Source: a virus (Duplodnaviria > Caudoviricetes). From it: 64,000 nucleotides of DNA. Of this stretch, positions 16,181 through 26,211 are shown piece by piece. The DNA lies in the IMG/VR virus record IMGVR_UViG_3300028804_000003, positions 1 through 64,000 of that record; one strand, 5' to 3'. A program made the position numbers and the translations under genes. The notes beneath the pieces are model-generated. The model was not told the origin of the DNA and did no database searches. It saw only the letters and a program-made list of their open reading frames with translations. Position 1 is the first letter of the stretch; the number at the start of each line of letters is the position of its first letter.

Positions 16181-17874
16181 CCCTATCATTTGTCCCCGCA
16201 GGGGAGCGAACCATTGATGGCAAGACCATCAAGTTCGACTCCTATTTCGAACTCGCAACCAAGGATCAGGAGAAGGCCGAAAAGGCTGGACTGACCCTGC
16301 TTGTCGAGCCTGTCACACGTGCCCCTAAGCTGACCGCTGACGGGCGCAAGCGATACTATACGGCCAACTATGAGAAGGTTCATGCCTTCAATCCGTATGC
16401 CGTGTTGTCCTTCTATGACGAGGCTACACCAGCGGCAAAGGCGCAACTGGATGGGCTCAAGAGAGACTACGACAGGTCGTGGGCTATCGAGGTCCCCAAG
16501 GTCTACCAGTCCAAGGACCCGAAGAGGCCGTACCGTCCTTTCCAGAATGCAGGCATCGGTTTCGGAGTCGAGCATGGCAACGTGCTCATCGGTGACGAGC
16601 CGGGACTCGGGAAGACGGCTCAAGCCATCGGCATTGCCAATGAGACCAAGGCCAAAAGACTCCTCATCGTGTGTCCGGCCAGCATTCGACTCAACTGGTT
16701 TCGAGAACTCAAGAACTGGTGGTTGCCGCCAAGTGGGGACATCTTCCCTCACATCTACCTGAACTCCCGACAGGGATCACCGCAGAGCAGCGCGGATACC
16801 AACGCGGTCATCGTGTCCTACGAACTGACGCGCAACGAGGGCATCCACAACGCACTCATGGAGATGGAGTGGGATCAGATGGTGCTCGATGAGGCGCACT
16901 ATCTCAAGAGCATGGATGCCGAGCGCACACGTAGCATCTTCGGTGGTGGTGACTTCAAGAAGAAGTATCTGGCACAGAATGCAGCGAGCATCGTGGCGCT
17001 GACCGGCACTCCGCTTCCGAACCGTCCGCGCGAGTGCTTCACACTGGCCAAGGCCCTGTGTCCTGAGTCCATCGACTGGATGAACTATGATGACTTCGTC
17101 TTCCGCTTCAATCCATCGCAGCGCATGCAGACGAAGGACGACAAGATTTTCAACGTCGAGAAGCGTGGCCGTCTGCCTGAACTGAACGCGCGTCTGCGTA
17201 CTAACTTCATGGTGCGCCGTCTGAAGAAGGACGTGCTCAAGGACCTGCCTGACAAGGTCTATGAACTGACCTACCTTGAGCCCACGGGCGCGATCCAAGA
17301 TGTGCTGAAACGTGAGAGCCTGCTGAAGTACACCGTCATGGACCTGAAGAATCCATTCGGTGACATGTTCGGTATGATTTCCACGATCCGCAAGGAGATG
17401 GGCATTGCCAAGGTGCCGCGCGTGGTTGAGCACATGAAGTACCTGCTCGACGTGTTGGAGATTCCGAAGGTTGTGCTGTTCGCTCATCACGTCGAGGTGA
17501 TGAACATGCTGACGCAAGCGCTCGAAAGGTTCGGCGTGGTGGCCGTGCGTGGTGGCATGTCTTCGAAGGCCAAGGACAGTTCCGTCCAGACATTCCAGAC
17601 CGATCCGAAGAAGCGCATCTTCCTCGGCCAGATGGACTCTGCTGGCTTCGGCATCGACGGGCTTCAGAACGTGTGCAGCCATGTGGTCTTCGCTGAACCT
17701 GCATGGGTGCCGGGAACCAACGAACAGGCAGTGGATAGATGCCACCGCATCGGACAGCATGACAACGTCATCGCCCAGTTCTTGGTGGCCGAGGGTTCCC
17801 TTGATGAGAAGGTGCTGGCCACCGTGTTCGAGAAGAACGAAACCATTTACAACGTGCTGGACAAGGTGCAATAG
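16177..17874 (+). CDS. SNF2/HARP-like superfamily 2 helicase
   Basis: GDEPGLGKT, DEAH, LTGTP, QAVDRCHRIGQ. Confidence 0.92.
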   Translation: MTLSFVPAGERTIDGKTIKFDSYFELATKDQEKAEKAGLTLLVEPVTRAPKLTADGRKRYYTANYEKVHAFNPYAVLSFYDEATPAAKAQLDGLKRDYDRSWAIEVPKVYQSKDPKRPYRPFQNAGIGFGVEHGNVLIGDEPGLGKTAQAIGIANETKAKRLLIVCPASIRLNWFRELKNWWLPPSGDIFPHIYLNSRQGSPQSSADTNAVIVSYELTRNEGIHNALMEMEWDQMVLDEAHYLKSMDAERTRSIFGGGDFKKKYLAQNAASIVALTGTPLPNRPRECFTLAKALCPESIDWMNYDDFVFRFNPSQRMQTKDDKIFNVEKRGRLPELNARLRTNFMVRRLKKDVLKDLPDKVYELTYLEPTGAIQDVLKRESLLKYTVMDLKNPFGDMFGMISTIRKEMGIAKVPRVVEHMKYLLDVLEIPKVVLFAHHVEVMNMLTQALERFGVVAVRGGMSSKAKDSSVQTFQTDPKKRIFLGQMDSAGFGIDGLQNVCSHVVFAEPAWVPGTNEQAVDRCHRIGQHDNVIAQFLVAEGSLDEKVLATVFEKNETIYNVLDKVQ

Positions 17875-18029
17875 TGGGCGACAAGACGAGCTACCGCAGA
17901 CTCAATCTGAAGCAACGCGATCCGATGGCGCAAGACCTTGCGGACGACAAGTACCATCAGCGTGTTATACCCAAAAAGCGAAAAGGGGATAACAAGTTTC
18001 GTGAAGACGAATGGGAGGATGACACTTGA
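17874..18029 (+). CDS. small basic hypothetical protein (51 aa)
   Basis: GTG coupled to stop; RDPMAQDL..KYHQRVIPKK motif. Confidence 0.5.
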   Translation: MGDKTSYRRLNLKQRDPMAQDLADDKYHQRVIPKKRKGDNKFREDEWEDDT

Positions 18030-18085
18030 CAGAAACCTAGAACTAGGCTACCCGTTTACCAACAATCCAACAAGGAGATGACAAC

Positions 18086-18655
18086 ATGGAAGTTTACGAA
18101 ATCAGTGCTCGCTTCATGCGCCGCATTCAGGCCAAGGAATACGAGCCCGCCGAGGCCGAAGTCACGCTGAAGGCCAATCTGGCTGACGGTGAAGACTATA
18201 TGGCCGCTGCCACGACCCTCATGACCTCGGCCAAGACCACCGTTATCGAGTCCGGCCTGAAGTCCGGCAAGACCACGGCTGAAGCCACGGTCGTCAGCGA
18301 GGCTGCCAAGAATGTCGGCGGTCGCCCGAAGAAGGAGACCCTGACTCCACCGGCTGCCAAGACTGAAGCCGCCAAGCCCGCCGATCCCAAGCCCGAGCCG
18401 ACCCCGGCCCCGGTCGCCGCACCGGCTGCCGAGCCCGATGAGTTCGGTGAGTTCGAGACGGCTGCCGAGCCCGAGAAGCCGATGACCGGCAAGGAGCTTC
18501 AGGAGTGGATCACCGCTCACTTGCAGGCCAAGAAGATCGACACGGCCAGCGTCAAGGCGATCCTTGCGAAGTATGGTGCCGCTCGCACCATGGATACCAA
18601 GGACGAAGATCGCCCGAAGATCAAGGCCGACATCGAGGCCGCGCTGAAGAAGTGA
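18086..18655 (+). CDS. hypothetical protein with Ala/Pro linker, typical neighbour of the DUF2800-SSB-PolA module
   Basis: AAGGAG RBS; position in replication module. Confidence 0.8.
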   Translation: MEVYEISARFMRRIQAKEYEPAEAEVTLKANLADGEDYMAAATTLMTSAKTTVIESGLKSGKTTAEATVVSEAAKNVGGRPKKETLTPPAAKTEAAKPADPKPEPTPAPVAAPAAEPDEFGEFETAAEPEKPMTGKELQEWITAHLQAKKIDTASVKAILAKYGAARTMDTKDEDRPKIKADIEAALKK

Positions 18656-18671
18656 GCAAGAACGACTGACC

Positions 18672-19133
18672 ATGCCGAGCACTCGTGAATATAGGTCGCG
18701 TCCCGAAGTCGTACTGAAAGCCCGTGAATACGGTAGAAGGTACAAGGATAAACATCGGAACGCGATAAACACGAGGGCTCGGGCAAGGAAAGCATCGAAG
18801 AAGGAACAGGTAGGGTTGAGCCCCGCCTGTTCCAAAGCCACCCTGACTGATGCTGAAGAGCGTAATAACATCAGGACATATGCTCTGAAGAAGAAGTATG
18901 GGTTGACCATTGACCAATGGGAATCCTTATTTGAGGACCAAGGTAGATGTTGTGCTATATGCCATACACTTGAGCCCAGAGGTAGGTACGGATGGCAAAC
19001 GGACCACTGCCATTCTTCAGGAAAAGTCCGAGGTATTCTATGTGCCCATTGCAATATGGTCCTCGGGCTTGTAAAAGAAAATGTCGGCACAATGCAGACC
19101 ATGATTGAGTATATCAGGAGCCACAATGGGTGA
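18672..19133 (+). CDS. endonuclease VII-like (HNH) free-standing homing endonuclease
   Basis: QGRCCAICH...DHCHSSGKVRGILCAHCN; lower GC than flanks. Confidence 0.85.
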   Translation: MPSTREYRSRPEVVLKAREYGRRYKDKHRNAINTRARARKASKKEQVGLSPACSKATLTDAEERNNIRTYALKKKYGLTIDQWESLFEDQGRCCAICHTLEPRGRYGWQTDHCHSSGKVRGILCAHCNMVLGLVKENVGTMQTMIEYIRSHNG

Positions 19134-20370
19134 CATCTCGGTTGTAGCAATATCACATAGTCCCCTCGGCGCGTCCGGTTCCGGTAGGTGGATGCACTGC
19201 CCCGGTTCCATTCAGCTTGGCAAGAAGCTCGGCATCGGGTTCACCGAGTCGGGACTGGCCGCCAAGGAAGGCACCGCTGCGCATGAGGTGCTTGCCCGTT
19301 GCCTTGAGGGTGACTGGCCCGAGCCATGGGAGTTCATGGGAACACAGGTGACCGTCGAGGGAACCAAGTTCGATGTGGACCAAGGCATGGTCAATGCGTT
19401 GAGCATCTGCTACTCGCACATCATGGAGAACATCGCTGAGGCCAAGGCCTACGGTGAGGTGACGCTGTTCATCGAAACATCCATGAAGCATTCCAAGCAT
19501 GACCTCATGTACGGGACAACTGATTGCGGCATCGTGGCGGTAAATCATGCCATGCGCAGTGTCCGCATATGGGTGAACGATCTGAAGTTTGGAGCCGGTA
19601 TCACCGTTGAGCCAACCAGTTCGCAGATCAAATACTACGCCGAGCTTTTGGTGGACCGACTCATTCAGGATGGTCTCATCGACAGCCACGCCGATGTGGA
19701 AGAAATCATTCTGACCATCATGCAGCCGCGCATCCCTCATCATGAAGGGCTCATCCGCAGCATCAGCATGACAGGCATCGAGCTTGAGACTTGGTATCTG
19801 AATGAGCTTGTCCCTGCGATGGCAGAGACCGAGAACCCGGACGCTCGATTGGAGATGGGTGACCACTGCACCTTCTGCCCGGTGAAGAGTCATTGCCCTG
19901 CCATGGCTCAGGCGATCATCGACCTATCCAAGCTGACCAATCCTGAGAAGATGAGCGGCGAAGAAATCGGTGAGGCCATCAACAAGATCAAGGCCATCAC
20001 GAAGATGGGTGAAAGGCTTGAGCAGATCGCCTTTGACCGCGCCATGAAGGGCGACCGCATCAAGGGCTTCAAGCTCGTCAAGAAGAAAGCCAATAGGCAG
20101 TGGCGAGACTATATCAAGGTCGATAAGCAGGACGTTCCCGTCGAGGAATACCTGAAAGCAAAGTTCGGTGAGGCCGCATACACGAAGCCGGTCCTGCTGA
20201 CGCCGCCGCAGATTGAAAAGCTGCCGGGTGGCAAGACGTTCGTCACGCAGTGCGCGTTCACCCCGCAAAATACCGGGTTGACACTTGCTCCGTTGTCGGA
20301 TAATCGTGTGGAAGCAAAGTCACTGATGGACCTGATGGACGAACAAGAAGCCCAAAGGGACGATCTGTGA
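19126..20370 (+). CDS. DUF2800 Cas4-like PD-(D/E)XK exonuclease
   Basis: HSPLGASGSGRWMHCPGS, GTAAH, GTTD..DLKFG, HCTFCPVK..C. Confidence 0.85.
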   Translation: MGDISVVAISHSPLGASGSGRWMHCPGSIQLGKKLGIGFTESGLAAKEGTAAHEVLARCLEGDWPEPWEFMGTQVTVEGTKFDVDQGMVNALSICYSHIMENIAEAKAYGEVTLFIETSMKHSKHDLMYGTTDCGIVAVNHAMRSVRIWVNDLKFGAGITVEPTSSQIKYYAELLVDRLIQDGLIDSHADVEEIILTIMQPRIPHHEGLIRSISMTGIELETWYLNELVPAMAETENPDARLEMGDHCTFCPVKSHCPAMAQAIIDLSKLTNPEKMSGEEIGEAINKIKAITKMGERLEQIAFDRAMKGDRIKGFKLVKKKANRQWRDYIKVDKQDVPVEEYLKAKFGEAAYTKPVLLTPPQIEKLPGGKTFVTQCAFTPQNTGLTLAPLSDNRVEAKSLMDLMDEQEAQRDDL

Positions 20371-20420
20371 TAGAGCAGCAAGCAGTAGTAAGCAGTAGCA
20401 AACAGTAGCAAACAGGAGAA
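20371..20420 (+). repeat. 10-bp-period tandem repeat in the SSB leader
   Basis: AGCAGTAGTA AGCAGTAGCA AACAGTAGCA AACAGGAGAA running into the RBS. Confidence 0.8.
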
Positions 20421-20424
20421 AACA

Positions 20425-21153
20425 ATGAGCAATGAACTTCGCCTTAACCTCATGTCCCCGCTGGTTCGCATCAGTCAGGTTTATGTGGAAAAGGCCCGCC
20501 TCTACAAGGACCCGAAGACCGGCATCGAGGCCAAGGAACCCAAGTACAGCGTCAGCATGATCGTTGAACCGGGCGACATGACCAAGTTCAAGCGCGAGGT
20601 CGATGAAAAGCTCATCGACGTTGACTTGATTGCCGAGTGCAAGGCCATCGTCAAGCAGAAGTGGCCGGAGCTGGACCTGAAGGAGATGTTCCCGAAGAAG
20701 CCTGACGGCACGAACGACTGGCCGCTGAAGAAGGGTGACGACATCATCGCCCTCTCTGCCAAGAAGGGGAAGAAGAGCAATCTCGATTTCCTTGCTGGCA
20801 AGTACCAGATCGGAACCACGGCCAGCGTGAAAGTCCCGCCGCGCCTCTCCTACTTCGACCCCAAGGTCGGCAAGTGGGCGACTCTCGACCGCGACAATCC
20901 CGAGGATCTGAAGATCATCAAGAAGCTGTTTCTGCCGGGGAACTATGCGATGCTGGAACTCAGCATCGTCCCGAATGAAGTCAACGGCAAGTGCTATCTC
21001 ACCTTCTACGTGAACCATGTTCGCTTCAAGAAGGTCGGTGATCGCATCGGCGGCGGCAACTCGATGATGGATCGCTTCGACGGCATCGACGGTGGCGAGG
21101 GTGACGTGGACCCGACCGCTGGTGACGACGACTTCGGCGCAGACGACATCTAA
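20425..21153 (+). CDS. single-stranded DNA-binding protein (DUF2815/gp2.5-like)
   Basis: EPKYSVSMI, acidic C-terminal tail, position between exonuclease and polymerase. Confidence 0.75.
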   Translation: MSNELRLNLMSPLVRISQVYVEKARLYKDPKTGIEAKEPKYSVSMIVEPGDMTKFKREVDEKLIDVDLIAECKAIVKQKWPELDLKEMFPKKPDGTNDWPLKKGDDIIALSAKKGKKSNLDFLAGKYQIGTTASVKVPPRLSYFDPKVGKWATLDRDNPEDLKIIKKLFLPGNYAMLELSIVPNEVNGKCYLTFYVNHVRFKKVGDRIGGGNSMMDRFDGIDGGEGDVDPTAGDDDFGADDI

Positions 21154-21258
21154 GGAACCCCGCTCCCCCCGAGGGTCGTGCTGTAAAAATATCGGGGAAT
21201 GAACGACGCACCGGGGCGGGACTCATAATCTCGCCCTGTCCTTTTCAACGAGGTCACA

Positions 21259-23295
21259 TTGCACATCCTTCAGCGCCCACGTATGATCTGCGATTTCGAA
21301 ACGTACTCCGAAGTGGACGTGCGTGATTGCGGTGCATGGCGCTATGCTGAGGACCCCTCCACTGAAGTCCTCTGCCTGTCATACGGTCGTCCCGGTGAGC
21401 GCAAGAAGCTCTGGACTCCTGACAAACCATTCCCGCAAGAAATCATCGACCACATCAACGCCGGTCATCCTATCGAAGCGCACAACTGTCAGTTCGAGCG
21501 CGCGATCTGGTTCTGGCAACTGAGTGCCAAGCTCGGTATCCCGAACCCGCAGTGCTGGATCGACACGCTCGCATCGTGTGCCTACCGTGGCCTGCCGCTC
21601 GGCCTTGATGAAGTGGGCGCGGTATTGGACCTGCCTATCAAGAAGGACAAGGAAGGCAAGACCCTTATCCAGAAGCTCTGCAAGCCGAGGAAGCCCACGA
21701 AGAAAGACCCGAGCACACGCAACCGCGATGCCGCTCTGTTGCAGAAGCTATATGACTACTGTGTGCAAGACGGTGAGGCTGAAGACAAACTCGGTGAGAC
21801 CATTGGAGACCTGTCTGCCGATGAGTTCTCGACGTGGGTGATGGATCAGCGAATCAATCGCCGTGGCGTGTACGTGGATATGGAAGCGGTGCTCGCTGCG
21901 CTCCACATCGTCACCACCATCACGGACAATTTGGAAAAGGAACTCGTCACTCTAACGGATGGGGCTGTCACTGGTGGCAGTGAGGTTGCCAAGATCGGCG
22001 CATGGTGCGCGACACAAGGAGTCAAACTTCCGAACCTGCAAGCGGGCACCGTCGAAGACTTCATCAAGGGCCTATATGTTCCGCTGCCCGACAACGTGAA
22101 ACGAGTCCTTGAGATTCGTCAACAGCTATCCCGTGCCAGCGCCAAGAAGCTCATCAAGTTCCGCGATTGCTGCTGCAAGAATGGCCGCATCCACGGCCTG
22201 CTTCAGTACCACGGTGCGGGCACAGGTCGATGGGCTGGCCGTCTCGTGCAGCCGCAGAACTTCCCGCGTGGATCAGTCAAGGACATCGACCTTCTGATCG
22301 CCACCATCAAGACCCGTGACGCCGATATACTGGCCTTCCACTACGGCGACCCCATGGAAGCCATTGCGAGCAGCCTACGCGGCATGTTCACTGCCACGCC
22401 GGGTAAGACCTTCTATGTGGCCGACTTCGCCGCTATCGAGGCCCGTGTGGTCATGTGGCTGGCAGGCCAGATGGACGCGCTGGAAGCCTTTGCCAAGTTC
22501 GACAAGGGTGAAGGCCCGGACATCTATTGCGTGACGGCCAGCAAGATTTACAAGCGCCCTATCGACAAGAAGAAAGACCCGGACGAACGTCAGCTTGGCA
22601 AGATCACCGTGCTCGGTTGCGGATACCAGATGTCCGGCCCGAAACTTCAGATGCAGGCGCTCGACTCCTATGGTGTGGAAATCACATTGGAGATGGCGAA
22701 CCTCATGGTCAGCACATTCCGCACAGACTATGGTGAGGTGCCGAAGCTATGGAAGGCCCTTGAAGAGGGAGCCGCCAAGGCCATTCGCTTCAAGCGCGCC
22801 GAAGAGGTCGTCAGTCAGAACGGTGTTCGAATCATCTTCCGCTATGAGAAGGACGCGGCTGGCTCGTGGCTGTCCATGGAGCTTCCGAACGGTCGCAAGC
22901 TATGGTACTTTGAGCCGGGACTGGAAGAGCGAGAGGTCCAGTATACGGACAAGGAAACGGGTGAACTGAAGTCCTTCTGGAAGGACAGCATCTACTACCA
23001 AGGCCGCAACAACAAGAAGGGTGGTGCTTGGGGCCGTGTTTACACATACGGTGGAATGTTGACAGAGAACGCGGTCCAAGCTATAGCTCGTGACTTGATG
23101 GTCGCGGCCATGCGCCGTGTCGAGAAGGCAGGATTTGAAATCGTGATGTCCGTCCATGACGAAGTGGTTGCTGAAGCAGAGCCCGGTCTGGATGTGAAGG
23201 CATTCGAGAAACTGGTGGCCGGACCAAACCCGGCGTGGGCACGTGGATGTCCGGTGGCCGCTGAAGCGTGGTCAGGGAGACGCTATAAAAAATGA
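21259..23295 (+). CDS. polA: family A DNA polymerase
   Basis: 3'-5' exo DFET; motif A DFAAIEARV; motif B RQLGKITVLGCGY; motif C VHDE. Confidence 0.93.
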   Translation: MHILQRPRMICDFETYSEVDVRDCGAWRYAEDPSTEVLCLSYGRPGERKKLWTPDKPFPQEIIDHINAGHPIEAHNCQFERAIWFWQLSAKLGIPNPQCWIDTLASCAYRGLPLGLDEVGAVLDLPIKKDKEGKTLIQKLCKPRKPTKKDPSTRNRDAALLQKLYDYCVQDGEAEDKLGETIGDLSADEFSTWVMDQRINRRGVYVDMEAVLAALHIVTTITDNLEKELVTLTDGAVTGGSEVAKIGAWCATQGVKLPNLQAGTVEDFIKGLYVPLPDNVKRVLEIRQQLSRASAKKLIKFRDCCCKNGRIHGLLQYHGAGTGRWAGRLVQPQNFPRGSVKDIDLLIATIKTRDADILAFHYGDPMEAIASSLRGMFTATPGKTFYVADFAAIEARVVMWLAGQMDALEAFAKFDKGEGPDIYCVTASKIYKRPIDKKKDPDERQLGKITVLGCGYQMSGPKLQMQALDSYGVEITLEMANLMVSTFRTDYGEVPKLWKALEEGAAKAIRFKRAEEVVSQNGVRIIFRYEKDAAGSWLSMELPNGRKLWYFEPGLEEREVQYTDKETGELKSFWKDSIYYQGRNNKKGGAWGRVYTYGGMLTENAVQAIARDLMVAAMRRVEKAGFEIVMSVHDEVVAEAEPGLDVKAFEKLVAGPNPAWARGCPVAAEAWSGRRYKK

Positions 23296-23792
23296 GAGTC
23301 ATTGGAATCGACCCCGGCATCTCTGGCGCAATCGCTGCCTACGATGGAACCAGTCTTCACGTCGAGGATGTGCCTACTATTGCCATCAAGAAGACCAAGG
23401 GCAAGGGCGAGAAGAACATCATCAACATGCAAGGGCTGGCCGACCTGTTCAACTTCATGTTCGCGGGCGCGGACCACGCATACATCGAGCGAGTCGGTGC
23501 GATGCCGGGGCAGGGCGTCACATCAATGTTCAACTTCGGCAAAGCCGCTGGCACCCTTGAGATGGGGCTGGCCATGATGCAGACGCCGTATACTGTCATC
23601 TCGCCGGTCGAGTGGAAGGCAAAGATGGGGCTCAACAATGACGGCGAGAAGTCCCGCAGTCGAGCCCTGCAACTGTTCCCAAGGTTCGCCTCATACTTCC
23701 AGCGCAAGATGGATCACAACCGAGCCGAGGCCGCGCTGCTCGCATGGTACGGCTATCAATTCATCACTACAGGAAAGGTCCCACGCCCATGA
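23292..23792 (+). CDS. RuvC-like Holliday junction resolvase
   Basis: IGIDPG, IERV, SMFNFG, P.EWK, HNRAEAALLA. Confidence 0.85.
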   Translation: MRVIGIDPGISGAIAAYDGTSLHVEDVPTIAIKKTKGKGEKNIINMQGLADLFNFMFAGADHAYIERVGAMPGQGVTSMFNFGKAAGTLEMGLAMMQTPYTVISPVEWKAKMGLNNDGEKSRSRALQLFPRFASYFQRKMDHNRAEAALLAWYGYQFITTGKVPRP

Positions 23793-25471
23793 CACTGACG
23801 CCCAAGAAACTCGTGAAGAGCTATGCGAAGCATGGCAGTCTAAAGAAGGTCTGGAAGGCCCATCCGGGCACGTCATGGAAGACCGTGCTGAATGTATATG
23901 CCGTGGCCGTGGCTGAGGGTTTGATGCAGCCGTTGCGTCCGGGCGCGAAGACCAAGAATCAACTGGCAAACCCGAGCGAAGTTCTCGATGTGCCGACCGG
24001 CAAGGTGCGCGCACTCGAAACCGTCGAGGCCAAGATGCCGAAGCGCGGCGTGAAGCGCTACCTGTTCACCTCAGCACAGAACAACACGCATGCGTTCGCG
24101 CCTTTCTGGCGCAATCTGCTGGTGCTCCGTGAGCACTACAAGGCCGAACTTCATGTCAGCCGCTTCGTCTATCTGACAACCAGTGTCGCATCTGTGCTTG
24201 ACAAGCACGTGGCATTCGACGGGCTCAAGACGGTGGAGAAGGAAGACATCTGGTGGGCACCCGAGTTCAAGCCGTATCTGTCCGACTACCGCATGGAGGT
24301 GGCACCGGGACTCGTGTGGTGCGGCGAGATGAACATCCTGCCCACGGCTGAAAACCCGCTTGGTGGGCTGGAAGTCTACACCGGGCGCAAGTCCGCGATC
24401 TTCCCGCATGCCAAGGTAGCCATGCAATCCATCGCATCGAGCAAGCATGCGCCTACCAAGTTCAACTACACCACCGGCACTGCCACGTTGCGCAACTACA
24501 TCCAGCGCAAGGCCGGTCTCAAGGCTGAGTTCCATCACGTCTACGGCGCGCTGCTGGTGGAGGTCGATGCCGAGGGCGATTGGTTCTGCCGTCAGATCAT
24601 CGCGGACTCCGAGGGCGTCATCAACGACCTTGATGTGAACGTGGATGCCAACGGTGTGCTGACCACCGGCAACAATGTCGAGTCCATCACGTGGGCTGAC
24701 ATCCACTCGGACGATCTGGTGCCATGGGTGCGCGAGCTTGCATGGGGACCGGGCGGCATGCTCGATATTCTGCAACCGAACTCGCAATTCTTCCATGACG
24801 TGCTCGGCTTCCGCGCCAAGAGCCATCACGAACTGAAGCATCCGCACCGCTTGTTCCGCCGATACCTTCTCGGCCAGACGAACGTGAAGAAGGAGTGCGA
24901 GGATGTCTGCACCTTCCTGACCGTGGCCTTCCGTGATTGGTGTGACAACGTCATCGTGGACTCGAACCATCATGACCACCTTGGCCGCTGGCTTGAAGAG
25001 CAGGACGGTCGTCTCGATCCGAAGAATGCCGAGTTCTGGACGGACATGCAGGCCCGCGTGTGGGCCGACTTGCGCGCCGGGGCTCAGACACCCAACTACT
25101 TCCGACTCATGGTGCAGGCCGTGCAGCCGGGGCTTCAGGGTGTGCTCACGATCCTTGACCGCGATACGAGCTATATCATCTGCCCGGATCGCAATGGTGG
25201 CATCGAGTGTGGCATGCACGGCCATGCAGGACCGAATGGTGGGCGCGGCAACCCTCGTGCTTTCGCCAAGCTCGGGCGCAAGGCCAACCTCGGCCACTAT
25301 CATGCGGCTGGCATCCTTGACGGCATCTACTTCGGCGGCACGTGCTCTTCGCTCGACCCCGATTGGACCACAGGCCCCGGCGCGTGGTCTCACTCCCATA
25401 TCGTGACGTACCCGAACGGGAAACGCACCATCGTGACTATGTGGAACAACAAGTGGAAGGCGGGTAAATAG
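23789..25471 (+). CDS. large calcineurin-like metallophosphoesterase-domain phage protein
   Basis: WADIH, FHDV, SNHHDH, GMHGH, GHYH; N-terminal FTSAQNNT domain. Confidence 0.7.
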   Translation: MTLTPKKLVKSYAKHGSLKKVWKAHPGTSWKTVLNVYAVAVAEGLMQPLRPGAKTKNQLANPSEVLDVPTGKVRALETVEAKMPKRGVKRYLFTSAQNNTHAFAPFWRNLLVLREHYKAELHVSRFVYLTTSVASVLDKHVAFDGLKTVEKEDIWWAPEFKPYLSDYRMEVAPGLVWCGEMNILPTAENPLGGLEVYTGRKSAIFPHAKVAMQSIASSKHAPTKFNYTTGTATLRNYIQRKAGLKAEFHHVYGALLVEVDAEGDWFCRQIIADSEGVINDLDVNVDANGVLTTGNNVESITWADIHSDDLVPWVRELAWGPGGMLDILQPNSQFFHDVLGFRAKSHHELKHPHRLFRRYLLGQTNVKKECEDVCTFLTVAFRDWCDNVIVDSNHHDHLGRWLEEQDGRLDPKNAEFWTDMQARVWADLRAGAQTPNYFRLMVQAVQPGLQGVLTILDRDTSYIICPDRNGGIECGMHGHAGPNGGRGNPRAFAKLGRKANLGHYHAAGILDGIYFGGTCSSLDPDWTTGPGAWSHSHIVTYPNGKRTIVTMWNNKWKAGK

Positions 25472-25473
25472 CT

Positions 25474-26211
25474 ATGCGATATATGGGTTCGAAAAGTAGA
25501 CACGCGGAGTCTTTAATAAGCATCATGCAACCGAGTAGGTATCCAGCATATGTAGAGCCCTTTGTAGGTGGGGCCAATTTGATAGATAAAGTAGAATGCC
25601 CCACACGAATCGGATGCGATGTAGACGCTGATTTAATTTGTTTATGGAAAGAAGTGTCCAAAGGATGGATGCCTCCCCTTTCTATTACAGAAGAGGAGTA
25701 CAGGGTTCTTAAACTCGCTAAAGAACCTAGCCCTTTGCGGGGATATGCCGCCTTCGCACTATCCTTTGGGGGTAAGAAATTCGGAGGATGGAGCCGAGAT
25801 AAACAACAAAGCGACTACTCAAAAAGGGGATATACATCTGCTACTAAACAATTCCCGAAATTACTGGGCGTTCAATTTTTTAATTGTTCATATGAATTTT
25901 CTCCTTTACCAGAGGGGGCTTTAGTGTACTGTGATCCCCCATATATTGGCACTACCAAATACTCGTCAAAGTTCGATCACGAAGCTTTTTGGGGGTGGGT
26001 ACGTAAAACGTCACAAAGGCATCACGTATATGTTTCGGAGTACTTAGCGCCAAATGATTTTACGTGCGTTTGGGAAAAACAGACTAAGTCCGGTATCAGA
26101 TGTAAAAATACATCAGAAAAAAACGGAGAAACTCTTCACGTTCATATAGGAGAAGACGATGACAACAAAGAGACTCTATCTGGCTGGCCCTATTGCGGGG
26201 CTGACCTATGA
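25474..26211 (+). CDS. Dam/D12-class N6-adenine DNA methyltransferase (AT-rich insertion)
   Basis: RYMGSK, YVEPFVGG, VYCDPPY; markedly AT-rich. Confidence 0.88.
   Translation: MRYMGSKSRHAESLISIMQPSRYPAYVEPFVGGANLIDKVECPTRIGCDVDADLICLWKEVSKGWMPPLSITEEEYRVLKLAKEPSPLRGYAAFALSFGGKKFGGWSRDKQQSDYSKRGYTSATKQFPKLLGVQFFNCSYEFSPLPEGALVYCDPPYIGTTKYSSKFDHEAFWGWVRKTSQRHHVYVSEYLAPNDFTCVWEKQTKSGIRCKNTSEKNGETLHVHIGEDDDNKETLSGWPYCGADL

Noticed and set aside
21259-23295. Z-genome (DpoZ/PurZ) phage
   Set aside because: No purZ or datZ recognised in the window; DUF550 and DUF5664 alone are insufficient
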